A DNA stretch of 64,000 nucleotides from Dehalococcoidia bacterium (lineage in GTDB: Bacteria; Chloroflexota; Dehalococcoidia; SHYD01). The position numbers and the translations under genes were made by a program. Where the stretch lies: the NCBI GenBank assembly GCA_965220215.1, contig OZ244809.1:858580-922579 (forward strand), in the 5' to 3' direction. This document shows, in pieces, positions 46,614 through 56,484 of the stretch. The notes beneath the pieces were generated by a model. The model searched no databases and was not told the DNA's origin. It saw nothing but the letters and a program-made list of their open reading frames with translations. Numbering within the stretch: the first letter of the stretch is position 1; each line of letters starts with the position of its first letter.

Positions 46614-48164
46614 ATGACTACTGAACCAGAAGCAGAAGCAGAACCTCAACGCCGCCGACGCGGCCAACCTGTTGACCCGGATGCCCCCCAGGTGCGGGTG
46701 CGCTTTGCCCCCAGTCCCACTGGAGAACCCCACGTTGGCAATATCCGTACCGCGCTCTTTAGCTGGCTCTACGCGCGCCACACGGACGGCGTGTTCATCT
46801 TGCGGGTGGAGGACACCGACCAGGCGCGCGTAATCCCCGGCGCATTGGAGGCGATCTTTGAAGGCCTCCGCTGGCTTGGCCTGGACTGGCAGGAGGGGCC
46901 GCAGGTAGACGGGCCCTATGCGCCCTATATTCAATCGGAGCGGGCTGCCCTCGGCATCTACGCCGACCATGGCCGCCAGCTCATCGACCGCGGCTGGGCC
47001 TACCAGTGCTACTGCCCGCCCGAGCGCCTGGACGAGGTGCGCAAGCAGCAGCAGGCGCAGAAACTTCCCCCCATGTACGACCGCTGGTGCCGCAACCCTG
47101 ACCAGCGCGCGCAGATGGCCGCGCAGAACCCCGGCGCCAAGCCGGTGGTGCGCTTTGCCATACCCCAGGAGCCGGACGAGCAGGTGACCTTCAATGACTT
47201 TGTGCGCGGCGAGATCTCCGTTGCTGCTTCTACCCTGGACGACTTCGTGCTGCTGAAATCGGACGGCTTCCCCACCTACCACCTGGCGAACGTGGTGGAC
47301 GACCGCCTGATGGAGATAAGCCACGTCATCCGCGGCGACGAGTGGCTGCCCAGCACGCCCCGTCACGTGCTCCTCTACCGCGCCTTTGGCTGGGAGGATA
47401 AGATGCCCGTCTTTGTCCACCTTCCCCTGATCCTGGGGCCGGACCGGGCCAAGCTCTCCAAACGCCACGGCTCCACCAGCATTGCCGACTATCGCATAGA
47501 GGGCTATCTGCCGGAGGTGATGATCAACTTCCTGGCCCTGCTTGGCTGGGCGCTGGACGACAAGACCGAGATCATCGAGCCGCCGCGCCTTATCCGCAAC
47601 TTCACCCTGGAGCGCATTGGCAAAACAGCCGCCGTCTTTAACAAAGAGAAGCTGGACTGGATGAACGGCGTCTATCTCCGGGAGATGGACGGCCTGGAGC
47701 TGGCGGACCGAGTGCTCTTGCTGATGGAAGCGCCTGAAGCGGAGGGCGGCCTGCCTGACGCCATCCCCCGGCCCGTAGATGAAGGCTACCTGGCGCGCAT
47801 CATGCCCCTGGTGCAGGAGCGAATGCGCGTCTTCAACGATGCTGCGCCCCTCATCGACCTCTTCTTTGATGAAGCCTTTGCCTTCGACGACAAGGCCCGC
47901 AAGACACTGGAAGCGCCGGAGGCGGCACGACCGCTACACGCCGCGCTGGAACGGCTAGAGCGCCAGCAGGACTGGAGCCACCCCGGGCTGGAAGCGCTGC
48001 TGCGCCCTATGGCCGAGGAGTTTGGGCTAAAGACCGGCCCCTTCTTTGGCCTGCTGCGGGCCGCCATCACCGGCCGCACAGTTTCGCCGCCCCTCTTCGA
48101 GAGCATGGAGGTGCTGGGGAAGAGCCGTTGTCTCGCCCGCCTGGGCCAGGCTTGCCAACTGTAG
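46614..48164 (+). CDS. gltX: Glutamate--tRNA ligase
   Basis: PSPTGEPHVGNIRTALFSWLYAR (HIGH-type motif) and KLSKRHG (KMSKS-type motif). Confidence 0.9.
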   Translation: MTTEPEAEAEPQRRRRGQPVDPDAPQVRVRFAPSPTGEPHVGNIRTALFSWLYARHTDGVFILRVEDTDQARVIPGALEAIFEGLRWLGLDWQEGPQVDGPYAPYIQSERAALGIYADHGRQLIDRGWAYQCYCPPERLDEVRKQQQAQKLPPMYDRWCRNPDQRAQMAAQNPGAKPVVRFAIPQEPDEQVTFNDFVRGEISVAASTLDDFVLLKSDGFPTYHLANVVDDRLMEISHVIRGDEWLPSTPRHVLLYRAFGWEDKMPVFVHLPLILGPDRAKLSKRHGSTSIADYRIEGYLPEVMINFLALLGWALDDKTEIIEPPRLIRNFTLERIGKTAAVFNKEKLDWMNGVYLREMDGLELADRVLLLMEAPEAEGGLPDAIPRPVDEGYLARIMPLVQERMRVFNDAAPLIDLFFDEAFAFDDKARKTLEAPEAARPLHAALERLERQQDWSHPGLEALLRPMAEEFGLKTGPFFGLLRAAITGRTVSPPLFESMEVLGKSRCLARLGQACQL

Positions 48165-48206
48165 GCAGCCCCGCAACTCAGTGGGCAACCCTGGTCGCAC
48201 CCTAGC

Positions 48207-48569
48207 TTGAGCTCCTTCCTGCGCAGCTTCCGCTGGGCCATCCAAGGCATTGCCCAGGTCATCGCAACCCAGCGCAATATGCGCATCCACCTGGCGGCAG
48301 CCGTCGCAGTCACAGTGCTTGCCCTTTGGCTGGGCCTTTCCCCTGTCGAGTGGGCGGTGCTTATCCTCACCATCACGCTGGTGCTCTCCCTAGAAACCCT
48401 AAACACCGCGGTGGAAGCCACAGTTGACCGGATCTCCCTGGAGGAACACCCGCGCGCCAAGCTCGCAAAAGACGCCGCCGCGGGAGCGGTGCTCATCGCG
48501 GCGGCGGGTGCGGTGCTGGTTGGCTTTGCGCTGCTGGGCCCCAAGCTGTTGGACCAGCTTGCGCCCTAG
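48207..48569 (+). CDS. dgkA: Diacylglycerol kinase / undecaprenol kinase family (DgkA)
   Basis: 120 aa, 3 TM segments, RWAIQGI...IHL...E..N.A.E signature. TTG start. Confidence 0.7.
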   Translation: MSSFLRSFRWAIQGIAQVIATQRNMRIHLAAAVAVTVLALWLGLSPVEWAVLILTITLVLSLETLNTAVEATVDRISLEEHPRAKLAKDAAAGAVLIAAAGAVLVGFALLGPKLLDQLAP

Positions 48570-48587
48570 AGCCAGGCTGTCCATGTG

Positions 48588-48827
48588 CTAGGAGCTGCAG
48601 TAGTCCTCGCAGATCTCAATCTGATACCTGCTCTTCAACGCTGGATTCTGCAGGATATTGTCGGCGGAAGTAATACTGTCATCAAAGGTAATGTCGCTGG
48701 TTCCCTGACGCCAGTTGACGCTGGCATAGCGCACGCCTTCTGCCTGCTTTAGCGCAGTGGCTATAGCATTAGCGCTTTCCGCGTCCGGAATGCTGCGGAT
48801 GAAAAGCTGCAAGCTCTGTACGGCCAT
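48588..48827 (-). CDS. Hypothetical 79-aa protein with an HMA/ferredoxin-like beta-alpha-beta-beta-alpha-beta pattern and a C-terminal CEDYC motif
   Basis: LQLFIRSIPDAESANAIATALKQAEGVRYASVNWRQGTSDITFD. It is divergent from the nuo operon. Confidence 0.4.
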   Translation of the reverse strand: MAVQSLQLFIRSIPDAESANAIATALKQAEGVRYASVNWRQGTSDITFDDSITSADNILQNPALKSRYQIEICEDYCSS

Positions 48828-48924
48828 TGGTTCCCTCCTGGCGCCGGCTCAAGATAGTGCTTCCTATTATGGTACTCGGCTGGCGCCCCGTCCAGAGGCA
48901 GGCAGCGCAATTAGCGCTACCCCC

Positions 48925-48953
48925 TTCGCAGCGCCCATCCCCTGATGTATACT
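48925..48953 (+). promoter_or_regulatory. Putative sigma-70-like promoter of the nuo operon: TTCGCA (48925-48930), 17-nt spacer, TATACT (48948-48953)
   Basis: Hexamer match and spacing. A GAGGGGG RBS lies 5 nt before the nuoA GTG. Confidence 0.35.
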
Positions 48954-48996
48954 TTGGGAGCGAGATTGTGTTTTTTTGCACTAATGAGGGGGCGAC

Positions 48997-49368
48997 GTGC
49001 TGACCGAGTATGGCCCACTGTTAATCTTGATGTTGGCCGCTCTTATTTTCCCCATTGGAGGTGTGGTCACCTCCCTGCTCTTTGGTCGTTTGCGGCTCCG
49101 TCCTGATAATCCAGACCCCATCAAGAACGATACCTACGAATGCGGTGTTGAAACCGTTGGCCCCTCCTGGATTCAGTTCAACTTCCGCTACTACTATTTC
49201 GCGCTCCTCTTCGTCATCTTTGATGTTGAGGTGATCTTCCTGCTGCCCTGGGCCGTCTATTTCCGGCAGCTGGGGCTCTTTGGCCTCATAGAGATGGCGC
49301 TCTTTATTCTCATCCTAGTTGTGGGTTTCCTCTACGCCTGGAAGAAAGAGGCGTTGGAGTGGACGTAA
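48997..49368 (+). CDS. nuoA: NADH-quinone oxidoreductase subunit A
   Basis: ND3-like, 3 TM segments, ECG..T.GP.W..F motif. Confidence 0.8.
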   Translation: MLTEYGPLLILMLAALIFPIGGVVTSLLFGRLRLRPDNPDPIKNDTYECGVETVGPSWIQFNFRYYYFALLFVIFDVEVIFLLPWAVYFRQLGLFGLIEMALFILILVVGFLYAWKKEALEWT

Positions 49369-49383
49369 GCCCTAGGAGGCATT

Positions 49384-49983
49384 ATGGCTGATCTACCCCT
49401 GCTGAACTCCTTTGGCGTAGAAGACGAGGACAAACGCGAAGGCCGCGCCGCCCTCGACCTGATGCGGGAGGCCCAGCAACCTTTCGCGGACAACGCCTAC
49501 ACAGTGCCGGAGGACTGCCCTCAGAACGTCATCGTCTCCTCCCTGGACGAGGTGATGACCTGGGCCCGAAAGGCGTCGTTGTGGCCGGCAATGTTCGGCC
49601 TGGCTTGTTGCGCCATCGAGATGATCACGACCACCTCTTCCCGCTATGACATCTCTCGCTTCGGCATGGAGATCTTCCGTCCCTCGCCCCGTCAGGCCGA
49701 CCTCATGATCGTGGCCGGCTGGGTCACCTGGAAGATGGCTCCCGTGGTGCGCCGCATCTACGACCAGATGGCGGAGCCCAAATGGGTCATCGCTATGGGC
49801 GTCTCCGCTATGAGTGGCGGCCCCTTTGTGGACACCTACAGCGTAGTGCCCGGCGTTAATCTTATCGTCCCAGTAGACGTCTACGTTCCCGGCTGCCCGC
49901 CGCGCCCAGAAGCGCTGCTGGCCGGCATCGTTAAGCTGCAGGAGAAGGTACAGCTTGAGCGGAAAGCTCGGGCTGCGGGCTAG
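49384..49983 (+). CDS. nuoB: NADH-quinone oxidoreductase subunit B
   Basis: GLACCAIEM and the CPP cluster-N2 ligand motifs. Confidence 0.9.
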   Translation: MADLPLLNSFGVEDEDKREGRAALDLMREAQQPFADNAYTVPEDCPQNVIVSSLDEVMTWARKASLWPAMFGLACCAIEMITTTSSRYDISRFGMEIFRPSPRQADLMIVAGWVTWKMAPVVRRIYDQMAEPKWVIAMGVSAMSGGPFVDTYSVVPGVNLIVPVDVYVPGCPPRPEALLAGIVKLQEKVQLERKARAAG

Positions 49984-49995
49984 GCGCAGGCTACT

Positions 49996-50481
49996 GTGAC
50001 AAAGCCCCTCAGCGGCCGGGACCTAGCTATGATGCTGGACCCGTCCTTTGGCTCCTCCGTGATGGAAGTAACTGCCGATGCCGTGGTGGTAGCGCGGGAG
50101 GGCGTGCCGGAGATCTGCCTGCATCTGCGGGATCACCCTGGGTTGGACTTCAACTACCTGACGGACCTGACTTCCGTGGATTACATCGACTACTTCGAGG
50201 TGGTCTACCACCTGCTCTCGATGAACAAGAACCACAGCGCGGTGCTCAAAGCTCGGGCTCTGGGCCGCACAGACCCCTGGGTGCCCTCTGTGACCTCCAT
50301 ATGGAAAGGCGCTGAGATGCAGGAGCGAGAGGTCTGGGACTTGATGGGCGTGCGCTTTGAGGGCCACCCCAACCTCCGCCGTGTCCTGCTCTTTGAAGGC
50401 TTCCCCGGCCACCCGCTGAGGAAGGACTTCCTGGAGTTTGACCACCGCACCATCACTATCCCTTCGGAAGAAGACGTCTAG
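49996..50481 (+). CDS. nuoC: NADH-quinone oxidoreductase subunit C (30 kDa)
   Basis: ERE.WD..G..F.GHP..RR.L signature. Confidence 0.8.
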   Translation: MTKPLSGRDLAMMLDPSFGSSVMEVTADAVVVAREGVPEICLHLRDHPGLDFNYLTDLTSVDYIDYFEVVYHLLSMNKNHSAVLKARALGRTDPWVPSVTSIWKGAEMQEREVWDLMGVRFEGHPNLRRVLLFEGFPGHPLRKDFLEFDHRTITIPSEEDV

Positions 50482-50568
50482 CATGTCGGCATATCATCAA
50501 ACGACACTGCAAGCTGGGGCGTGCACAAAAGCTTCTCTTTCACTGGGCTTGCGCTGGAGTCCCTCCCA

Positions 50569-51669
50569 ATGACAACGCCCAACGTATTCATGGTCAACAT
50601 GGGGCCGCAGCACCCCAGCACCCACGGCGTGCTTCGTCTACGGCTGGCCCTGGACGGCGAGACCGTGCTGGACGCGGAGCCGGTGCTGGGCTACCTCCAC
50701 AGCAGCAAAGAGAAGATGCAGGAGGAGCACACCTACCTCCAGACCGTGCCCATCACCGATCGTATGGACTATCTCGCCTCCATGAGCAACAACCTGGGCT
50801 GCGTGCTGGCAATCGAAAAGCTCGCAGGCATCCCTGTGCCGCCTCGTGCCACCTACATCCGGGTGCTGATGGCGGAGATGCAGCGGTTAGCCAGCCACTG
50901 CTTTGCCCAGGGGACGCTCCTGCAGGACATGGGCGCGTGGGGCACGCCGCTGATGTACTTTCTCCGAGAACGGGAGCAGATCCTCGATCTCTTTGAGATG
51001 GTGTGCGGCGCTCGCCTCACGTATAACTACATGCGGCCCGGCGGCGTCGCCCAGGACCTGCCACCGGAGTTCTACCGTGGGCTCCAAGACTTGCTGGACA
51101 TCATGCCTCAGCGTCTGGACGAATACGAGGACCTCCTGCGGGGTAACGAGGTGCTACAGGCCCGCACTGTAGGTGTCGGCGTGTTGCCCAAGGAACTCGC
51201 TATCAATGCGTCGATCTCCGGCCCCACGTTGCGCGCCAGCGGTGTGCCCTGGGACCTGCGTAAGACCGACCCCTACTGCGGCTACGAAAACTTTGACTTT
51301 GCGGTGCCGGTAGGCACTAACGGCGACTCCTACGATCGCTTTGTGGTGCGCTTTCAGGAGATGCGGGAGAGCGTCAAGCTGGTACAGCACGCGCTGGACG
51401 GTATGCCCGCCGGTCCCTGGAAGACGCCTACGCCCATCGTCATTCGCCCGCCAAAAGGCGAGGTCTACGTGCAGATAGAGTCGCCGCGCGGGATGCTGGG
51501 CTATTATCTGGTCAGCGACGGCAGCGGTGCGCCCTGGCGCTTCCATGTGCGCGCTCCTTCTTATCTGAACCTGAACGCGCTGAAAGAGATGCTCATCGGC
51601 TATAAGATAGCGGATGTGGTGGTCACTGTCGGCAGCATCGACATCGTCATGGGCGAGGTAGACCGCTAG
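50569..51669 (+). CDS. nuoD: NADH-quinone oxidoreductase subunit D (49 kDa)
   Basis: MGPQHPSTHGVLRL N-terminal motif. The start is the ATG at 50569, after a GGAG motif. Confidence 0.85.
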   Translation: MTTPNVFMVNMGPQHPSTHGVLRLRLALDGETVLDAEPVLGYLHSSKEKMQEEHTYLQTVPITDRMDYLASMSNNLGCVLAIEKLAGIPVPPRATYIRVLMAEMQRLASHCFAQGTLLQDMGAWGTPLMYFLREREQILDLFEMVCGARLTYNYMRPGGVAQDLPPEFYRGLQDLLDIMPQRLDEYEDLLRGNEVLQARTVGVGVLPKELAINASISGPTLRASGVPWDLRKTDPYCGYENFDFAVPVGTNGDSYDRFVVRFQEMRESVKLVQHALDGMPAGPWKTPTPIVIRPPKGEVYVQIESPRGMLGYYLVSDGSGAPWRFHVRAPSYLNLNALKEMLIGYKIADVVVTVGSIDIVMGEVDR

Positions 51670-52820
51670 TGATCAACGAGATCATCATCGCCACGCTGAG
51701 CGGCACGCTGCCCAATTGGGTGGTGGCCTTTATCACTGGCGTCGTCTCCGTGGTGAGCCTGCTCACCTTCATTCTGCTTTGCAACCTCATGGCCGTTTGG
51801 ACTGAACGCAAACTCATCGGACGCTTCCAGATACGTTCCGGCCCCAACCGCGCCGGACCGGAGGGCCTTCTCCAATCCATGGCGGACGGCATCAAGGTCA
51901 TGGGCAAAGAGGCTATCACGCCCTTTGGCGTCGATAAGTTCGTCTACTGGGCCGCCCCTTCTTTGGTCTTTGGGCCGGCGTTCCTCACCTTCGCGGTCAT
52001 CCCCTTTGCGCCTGGTGCGGTGCTCCTAGACATTGAGATTGGCCTGCTCTACGTCGTGGCCGTGGGCACGCTGGGCGTTATCCCGGTGTTCATGGCGGGT
52101 TGGGCTTCAAACAACAAGTTCTCGCTCCTTGGAGCTATGCGCGCCGTGGCCCAGACTATCAGCTACGAGATACCGCTAGTCCTCTCCGTAATTGGCATCA
52201 TCCTTCTGTCTGGCACGCTGGATCTGAGCCGTATAGTGGACTACCAAATCCAGAACGGGTGGTTCCTGTTCCTGCAGCCTCTGGCCATGGTTATCTTTAT
52301 CATTGCCGGCTCTGCGGAGTTGAACCGCACTCCTACGGACATCATGGAAGGCGAATCGGAGCTTGTGGGCGGCTACCATACCGAGTACAGCGGTTTCAAG
52401 TTCAGCCTCTTTTATATTGCTGAATACACCCACCTTCTAGGTATCTCTGCCCTTATTGCAACCCTCTTCCTGGGCGGCTGGGGCACTGGCCCCGTCCTGA
52501 GCGCTATACCCGCTGTCCTGTGGTTCCTCGTAAAGCTCTACCTGGTGCTCTGCTTCTTCGTGTGGGTGCGGGCGACCCTCCCCCGCCTACGCATCGACCA
52601 GTTGATGGGACTCGCATGGAAGTTCCTTATCCCCCTAACCCTTGCCAACATCTTTATCACAGCATTTGAGGTATATCTGGCGCTGCCAGGGATCGTGGTG
52701 GTTGCCATCAACATAGTGCTAGCGGGATTATTCATCATGTTCTGGTCCCGAGTAGTGTCACAGCGCAAACCGGCCCCGGTGGCCCCGTCCTTCAACGCAC
52801 AGGTTAGCAGCATCCGATAG
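51669..52820 (+). CDS. nuoH: NADH-quinone oxidoreductase subunit H
   Basis: ND1-like, GRFQIRSGPNRAGP motif, 8 TM segments. The GTG start overlaps the nuoD stop. Confidence 0.85.
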   Translation: MINEIIIATLSGTLPNWVVAFITGVVSVVSLLTFILLCNLMAVWTERKLIGRFQIRSGPNRAGPEGLLQSMADGIKVMGKEAITPFGVDKFVYWAAPSLVFGPAFLTFAVIPFAPGAVLLDIEIGLLYVVAVGTLGVIPVFMAGWASNNKFSLLGAMRAVAQTISYEIPLVLSVIGIILLSGTLDLSRIVDYQIQNGWFLFLQPLAMVIFIIAGSAELNRTPTDIMEGESELVGGYHTEYSGFKFSLFYIAEYTHLLGISALIATLFLGGWGTGPVLSAIPAVLWFLVKLYLVLCFFVWVRATLPRLRIDQLMGLAWKFLIPLTLANIFITAFEVYLALPGIVVVAINIVLAGLFIMFWSRVVSQRKPAPVAPSFNAQVSSIR

Positions 52821-52829
52821 GAGCCGCGT

Positions 52830-53342
52830 ATGTACGGTCTAGGCATCTTAAAAGGCTTAAGCGTGGTGTTCCAGCACCTAGCGCGCAAACCCCTAACCCG
52901 GCAGTATCCGGAGGAGGCAGTGCCCATCAAGCCTCGCTTCCGCGGCTACGACTTTGCTTGGGTGGAGCCACGCTGCACGGCGTGCGCAACCTGCGCGAAG
53001 GCCTGCCCTCACGGCTGCATAGACATCGTCACACACCCGCAGGACGACGGACGCTACTCTATCGACCGCTTCGACATCGACCTCGGCAAGTGCATGGTAT
53101 GTGGTCTCTGCGTAGAGGCCTGCCCCTACGATGCGCTCTTCATGGGCCGCGGCTTTGAGCTAGCGACTTACGAGCGGGGGAGCTTGGTGGCGCACAAAGA
53201 AGACATCGCCAACAGGCCACTCCTAAGCGCATACTACCGGCCTCCCTTCAAGGAAGAGGGCGCCGACCGCGACGTGGCCGACAACGCGTATCTCCCCACG
53301 GCCGGCCTACCCAAACCCCCTCCGCCCGAGGAGCAGAAGTAA
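52830..53342 (+). CDS. nuoI: NADH-quinone oxidoreductase subunit I
   Basis: Two CxxCxxCxxxCP ferredoxin motifs. Confidence 0.85.
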   Translation: MYGLGILKGLSVVFQHLARKPLTRQYPEEAVPIKPRFRGYDFAWVEPRCTACATCAKACPHGCIDIVTHPQDDGRYSIDRFDIDLGKCMVCGLCVEACPYDALFMGRGFELATYERGSLVAHKEDIANRPLLSAYYRPPFKEEGADRDVADNAYLPTAGLPKPPPPEEQK

Positions 53343-53345
53343 CTT

Positions 53346-53852
53346 ATGCCCGTTGCCGCAGAAGCAGATATTGCCCACGCGCTTAGCTTTTACGCCCTAG
53401 CAGGGCTGACGGTGCTTTCGTCGCTGCTGGTGGTGTCGCTACGCAATATCTTCCACGCCGTCCTTGCTCTGGTAGTCTCCTTTATCGGCGTTGCCGGCAT
53501 CTTCCTTACGTTAAACGCCGGCTTTATGGCTATGGTGCAAGTGCTTGTCTACATTGGCGCAATTGCCGTGCTCACTCTTTTTGCAATCTTCCTCACCCGC
53601 AACGCCATGACCCAGGGCAACCCCCCGGGGCGCTTGCAGCTCTCCGCCGTAGTGACGGCGGGTCTTATGTTCGTGCTCCTTGCTTACACCTCTTTGCAGA
53701 GTCACTGGGCCCCGGGCCCGGAGCAGGCCCCTACCTTTGGACCGGAGTCCATCGCAGACCGGCTTTTCACCGTGTACGCATTCCCCTTTGAACTCGCCTC
53801 AGTCGTGCTCCTAGTAGCCATGATCGGGGCCATTGTCCTAGCGAAAGAGTAG
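53346..53852 (+). CDS. nuoJ: NADH-quinone oxidoreductase subunit J
   Basis: ND6-like, 5 TM segments. Confidence 0.75.
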   Translation: MPVAAEADIAHALSFYALAGLTVLSSLLVVSLRNIFHAVLALVVSFIGVAGIFLTLNAGFMAMVQVLVYIGAIAVLTLFAIFLTRNAMTQGNPPGRLQLSAVVTAGLMFVLLAYTSLQSHWAPGPEQAPTFGPESIADRLFTVYAFPFELASVVLLVAMIGAIVLAKE

Positions 53853-53854
53853 CC

Positions 53855-54169
53855 TTGGACGTCACATTCAACCATTACCTAGTCCTCTCCGCTCTGCTCT
53901 TCAGCATCGGGCTGTACGGCTCGCTTTCCCGGCGCAATGCCGTCGCTATCCTTATGTCTATCGAGATCATGCTCAATGCTGTGAACATCGCGCTGGTGGC
54001 TATCTCTCGCTACGTAGGCGCATCAGGGCAGGTGACCGCCCAGCTATTTGCGGTATTCGTCATTACCGTAGCCGCTGCGGAAGCAGCCGTGGCCCTAGCC
54101 TTACTCATTTCCCTCTACCGTTCACGGAACACCGTGGACGCCGAGGAGATTAACTTAATGCGCTGGTAA
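53855..54169 (+). CDS. nuoK: NADH-quinone oxidoreductase subunit K
   Basis: ND4L-like, about 100 aa, 3 TM segments. Confidence 0.8.
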   Translation: MDVTFNHYLVLSALLFSIGLYGSLSRRNAVAILMSIEIMLNAVNIALVAISRYVGASGQVTAQLFAVFVITVAAAEAAVALALLISLYRSRNTVDAEEINLMRW

Positions 54170-54298
54170 CAGCACACTTCTGTCGTTCTCGCGAGCGTCG
54201 CCGGTGGCGGCAAACGAAGAATCTCAGACTTTCTGTTGACCGGATGCGATCCTTCGCTCTGTTCAGCATGACGTGCAAAGAAACGATGGTGTTCAACT

Positions 54299-54496
54299 AT
54301 GTGGACTGAAATCAAAAAGACTCCCAACCTGGTAGTGGCAGAGCTATGGAAAGACCTGTTCGATAGCGAAGGCATTATTGCGTTCATTGCGCCGGACGTC
54401 CCCAACTGGGAGGGCGTCAGCCAGGCGCAGCCCCGACGCATCATGATTCCCATAAGCAAGAAGCACGTAGCGGAGGAGGTCCTCAGGAAGCTCTAG
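54299..54496 (+). CDS. Small 65-aa DUF2007-like protein (putative signal-transducing fold) inserted between nuoK and nuoL. Its stop abuts the nuoL ATG.
   Basis: VVAELWKDLFDSEGIIAFI...RIMIPISKKHVAEEVLRKL resembles the DUF2007 pattern. Codon usage is coding-like. A 130-nt non-coding gap lies upstream. Confidence 0.45.
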   Translation: MWTEIKKTPNLVVAELWKDLFDSEGIIAFIAPDVPNWEGVSQAQPRRIMIPISKKHVAEEVLRKL

Positions 54497-56479
54497 ATGA
54501 CACCTGAGTTTCTCGCCTGGGCCATCTTTGCGGCCCCGCTGGCCTCCTTCCTCATCATCGTCTTTGTACTGAGGCCCTTGGGCGCGCATACCGCCGCCGG
54601 CTCCGTGACCATCCTAGCCATGGGCATCGCCTTCGTGCTCTCCTTGGTCACGCTGGGCACAGTCTTCGGCGCTCCCGGCCATGAGTTGCACCTGGCCGAT
54701 TACCCCTGGATCACCCTCGGCGAGGTGGAGTTCCACGTCGGCCTGGCGGTGGACTCCCTCACTGCCATGATGCTAGTAGTAGTCACCTCCGTGAGCCTGC
54801 TGGTGCAGATCTACTCCACGGGCTACATGCACGGCGACACCGGCTACTCCCGCTACTTTGCGTATATGTCCCTGTTCACCACCTCTATGCTCGGCCTGGT
54901 GTTGGCGGATAATCTGCTCCAAGTCTTTTTCTTCTGGGAGCTGGTTGGCCTCTGCTCCTATCTACTCATTGGCTTCTGGTTCCAGCGGCCCGCCGCCGTG
55001 ACCGCGGCCAAGAAGGCCTTCCTCGTGACCCGCTTCGGCGACCTGGGCTTCCTAGCTGCCCTGCTTATCATTGTGAACCAGACAGGCACTCTCACTATCT
55101 CAGCGCTCTTTGAGGAGCGCAGCGTCGAGGCATTGATGCACGCCGGCTTCTTGGGTTTCCCCATCATCACCTGGGCCACCCTCGGCATCTTTGCCGGCGC
55201 AGCAGGAAAGTCGGCGCAGTTCCCCCTCCACGTCTGGCTCCCGGACGCTATGGAAGGCCCCACGCCGGTCAGCGCCCTGATCCACGCCGCCACAATGGTG
55301 GCCGCGGGCGTCTACTTAGTCGGGCGTATGCTGCCCCTCTTTGTCCACGCGCCGGACACTATGGCAGTGATCGCGTTCCTGGGCGCATTCACCGCCATCA
55401 CCGCGGCCGGCCTCGGTCTCGTCGTCACCGATATCAAACGTGTGATGGCCTACTCCACGGTGAGCCAGCTCGGCTACATGATGCTGGCTCTGGGCCTGGG
55501 CGGGTACGTTGCCGCCTTCTTCCACCTGATGAACCACGCATTCTTCAAGGCGCTCCTCTTCCTGGGGGCCGGCAGCGTGAACCACGCCTCCGGAACCTTC
55601 AACATGCTCTACATGGGCGGCCTCCGCAAAGCCATGCCCATCACCTGGATCACCCTGTTCATCGCCTCCCTTAGCCTCTCCGGCATCCCGCCCTTCTCCG
55701 GCTTCTGGAGCAAGGACGAGATCCTGGGCGAGGCCTTTGCCAAGAGTCCGGTCCTCTTTGCCATGGCCCTCATTACCGTCTTCCTCACCGCCTTTTATGT
55801 CTTCCGGATGCTCTTCCTCACCTTCTCCGGCGAGTACCGCGGCGGCCTTGAAGCCGAGAGCGGTGAACATGTGGAACCCGCCAGCCCCCACGACGCGCAG
55901 CAGGATGACCATACTGCCGATAGCGGCCATGCTCTGCACGAGTCGCCCTCGGTGATGACCGTGCCCCTGATTATTCTGGCAGTACCCGCCATCTTCTCCG
56001 GTCTGGCGAACTTGCCGGGGGTGCATTTCCTTAGCGACTTCCTGCAGACTGAGGCCATCCATGAGGCCCTGGGCGAGCACGCGCTCCCCTTTGACCCTAT
56101 CCTGGCAATCGTCTCAACCCTCGTGGCCCTGAGCGGCATCTGGCTGGCCTGGCAGATGTACGAGGTGAAGGCGATCTCTCCTACAACCTTCAGCCGCTTG
56201 CTCTGGGGCGTGCCTGCTTACGTGCTCAATCAGAAGTATGGGCTGGACCTGCTCTTTGAGCGCGTCATAACCCATATATTGACCTATTCCGCCATCGCCA
56301 ACGGTTTGGCCGGCTTCGACCGCTACGGCGTGGACGGCGTGGTGAATGGCGTAGGACAGCTCACCAAGCTCTGCGGTGACGGTCTGCGCCGGTTGCAGAC
56401 GGGCCAGGTGCAAGCCTACGGTATGGCAATCTTCCTGGGCGCGGTAGTCATCGCCGCGGGACTGGTGATTAGGGGCTAG
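54497..56479 (+). CDS. nuoL: NADH-quinone oxidoreductase subunit L
   Basis: ND5-like, 660 aa, with a C-terminal amphipathic extension. Confidence 0.85.
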   Translation: MTPEFLAWAIFAAPLASFLIIVFVLRPLGAHTAAGSVTILAMGIAFVLSLVTLGTVFGAPGHELHLADYPWITLGEVEFHVGLAVDSLTAMMLVVVTSVSLLVQIYSTGYMHGDTGYSRYFAYMSLFTTSMLGLVLADNLLQVFFFWELVGLCSYLLIGFWFQRPAAVTAAKKAFLVTRFGDLGFLAALLIIVNQTGTLTISALFEERSVEALMHAGFLGFPIITWATLGIFAGAAGKSAQFPLHVWLPDAMEGPTPVSALIHAATMVAAGVYLVGRMLPLFVHAPDTMAVIAFLGAFTAITAAGLGLVVTDIKRVMAYSTVSQLGYMMLALGLGGYVAAFFHLMNHAFFKALLFLGAGSVNHASGTFNMLYMGGLRKAMPITWITLFIASLSLSGIPPFSGFWSKDEILGEAFAKSPVLFAMALITVFLTAFYVFRMLFLTFSGEYRGGLEAESGEHVEPASPHDAQQDDHTADSGHALHESPSVMTVPLIILAVPAIFSGLANLPGVHFLSDFLQTEAIHEALGEHALPFDPILAIVSTLVALSGIWLAWQMYEVKAISPTTFSRLLWGVPAYVLNQKYGLDLLFERVITHILTYSAIANGLAGFDRYGVDGVVNGVGQLTKLCGDGLRRLQTGQVQAYGMAIFLGAVVIAAGLVIRG

Positions 56480-56484
56480 CAGCT

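Noticed and set aside
46539-47468. 309-aa ORF on the minus strand, antisense to gltX
   Set aside because: It lies entirely inside a gene with strong motif support (HIGH/KMSKS). The product is Arg/Gly/Pro/Ala-rich and low-complexity, typical of GC-rich antisense frames.
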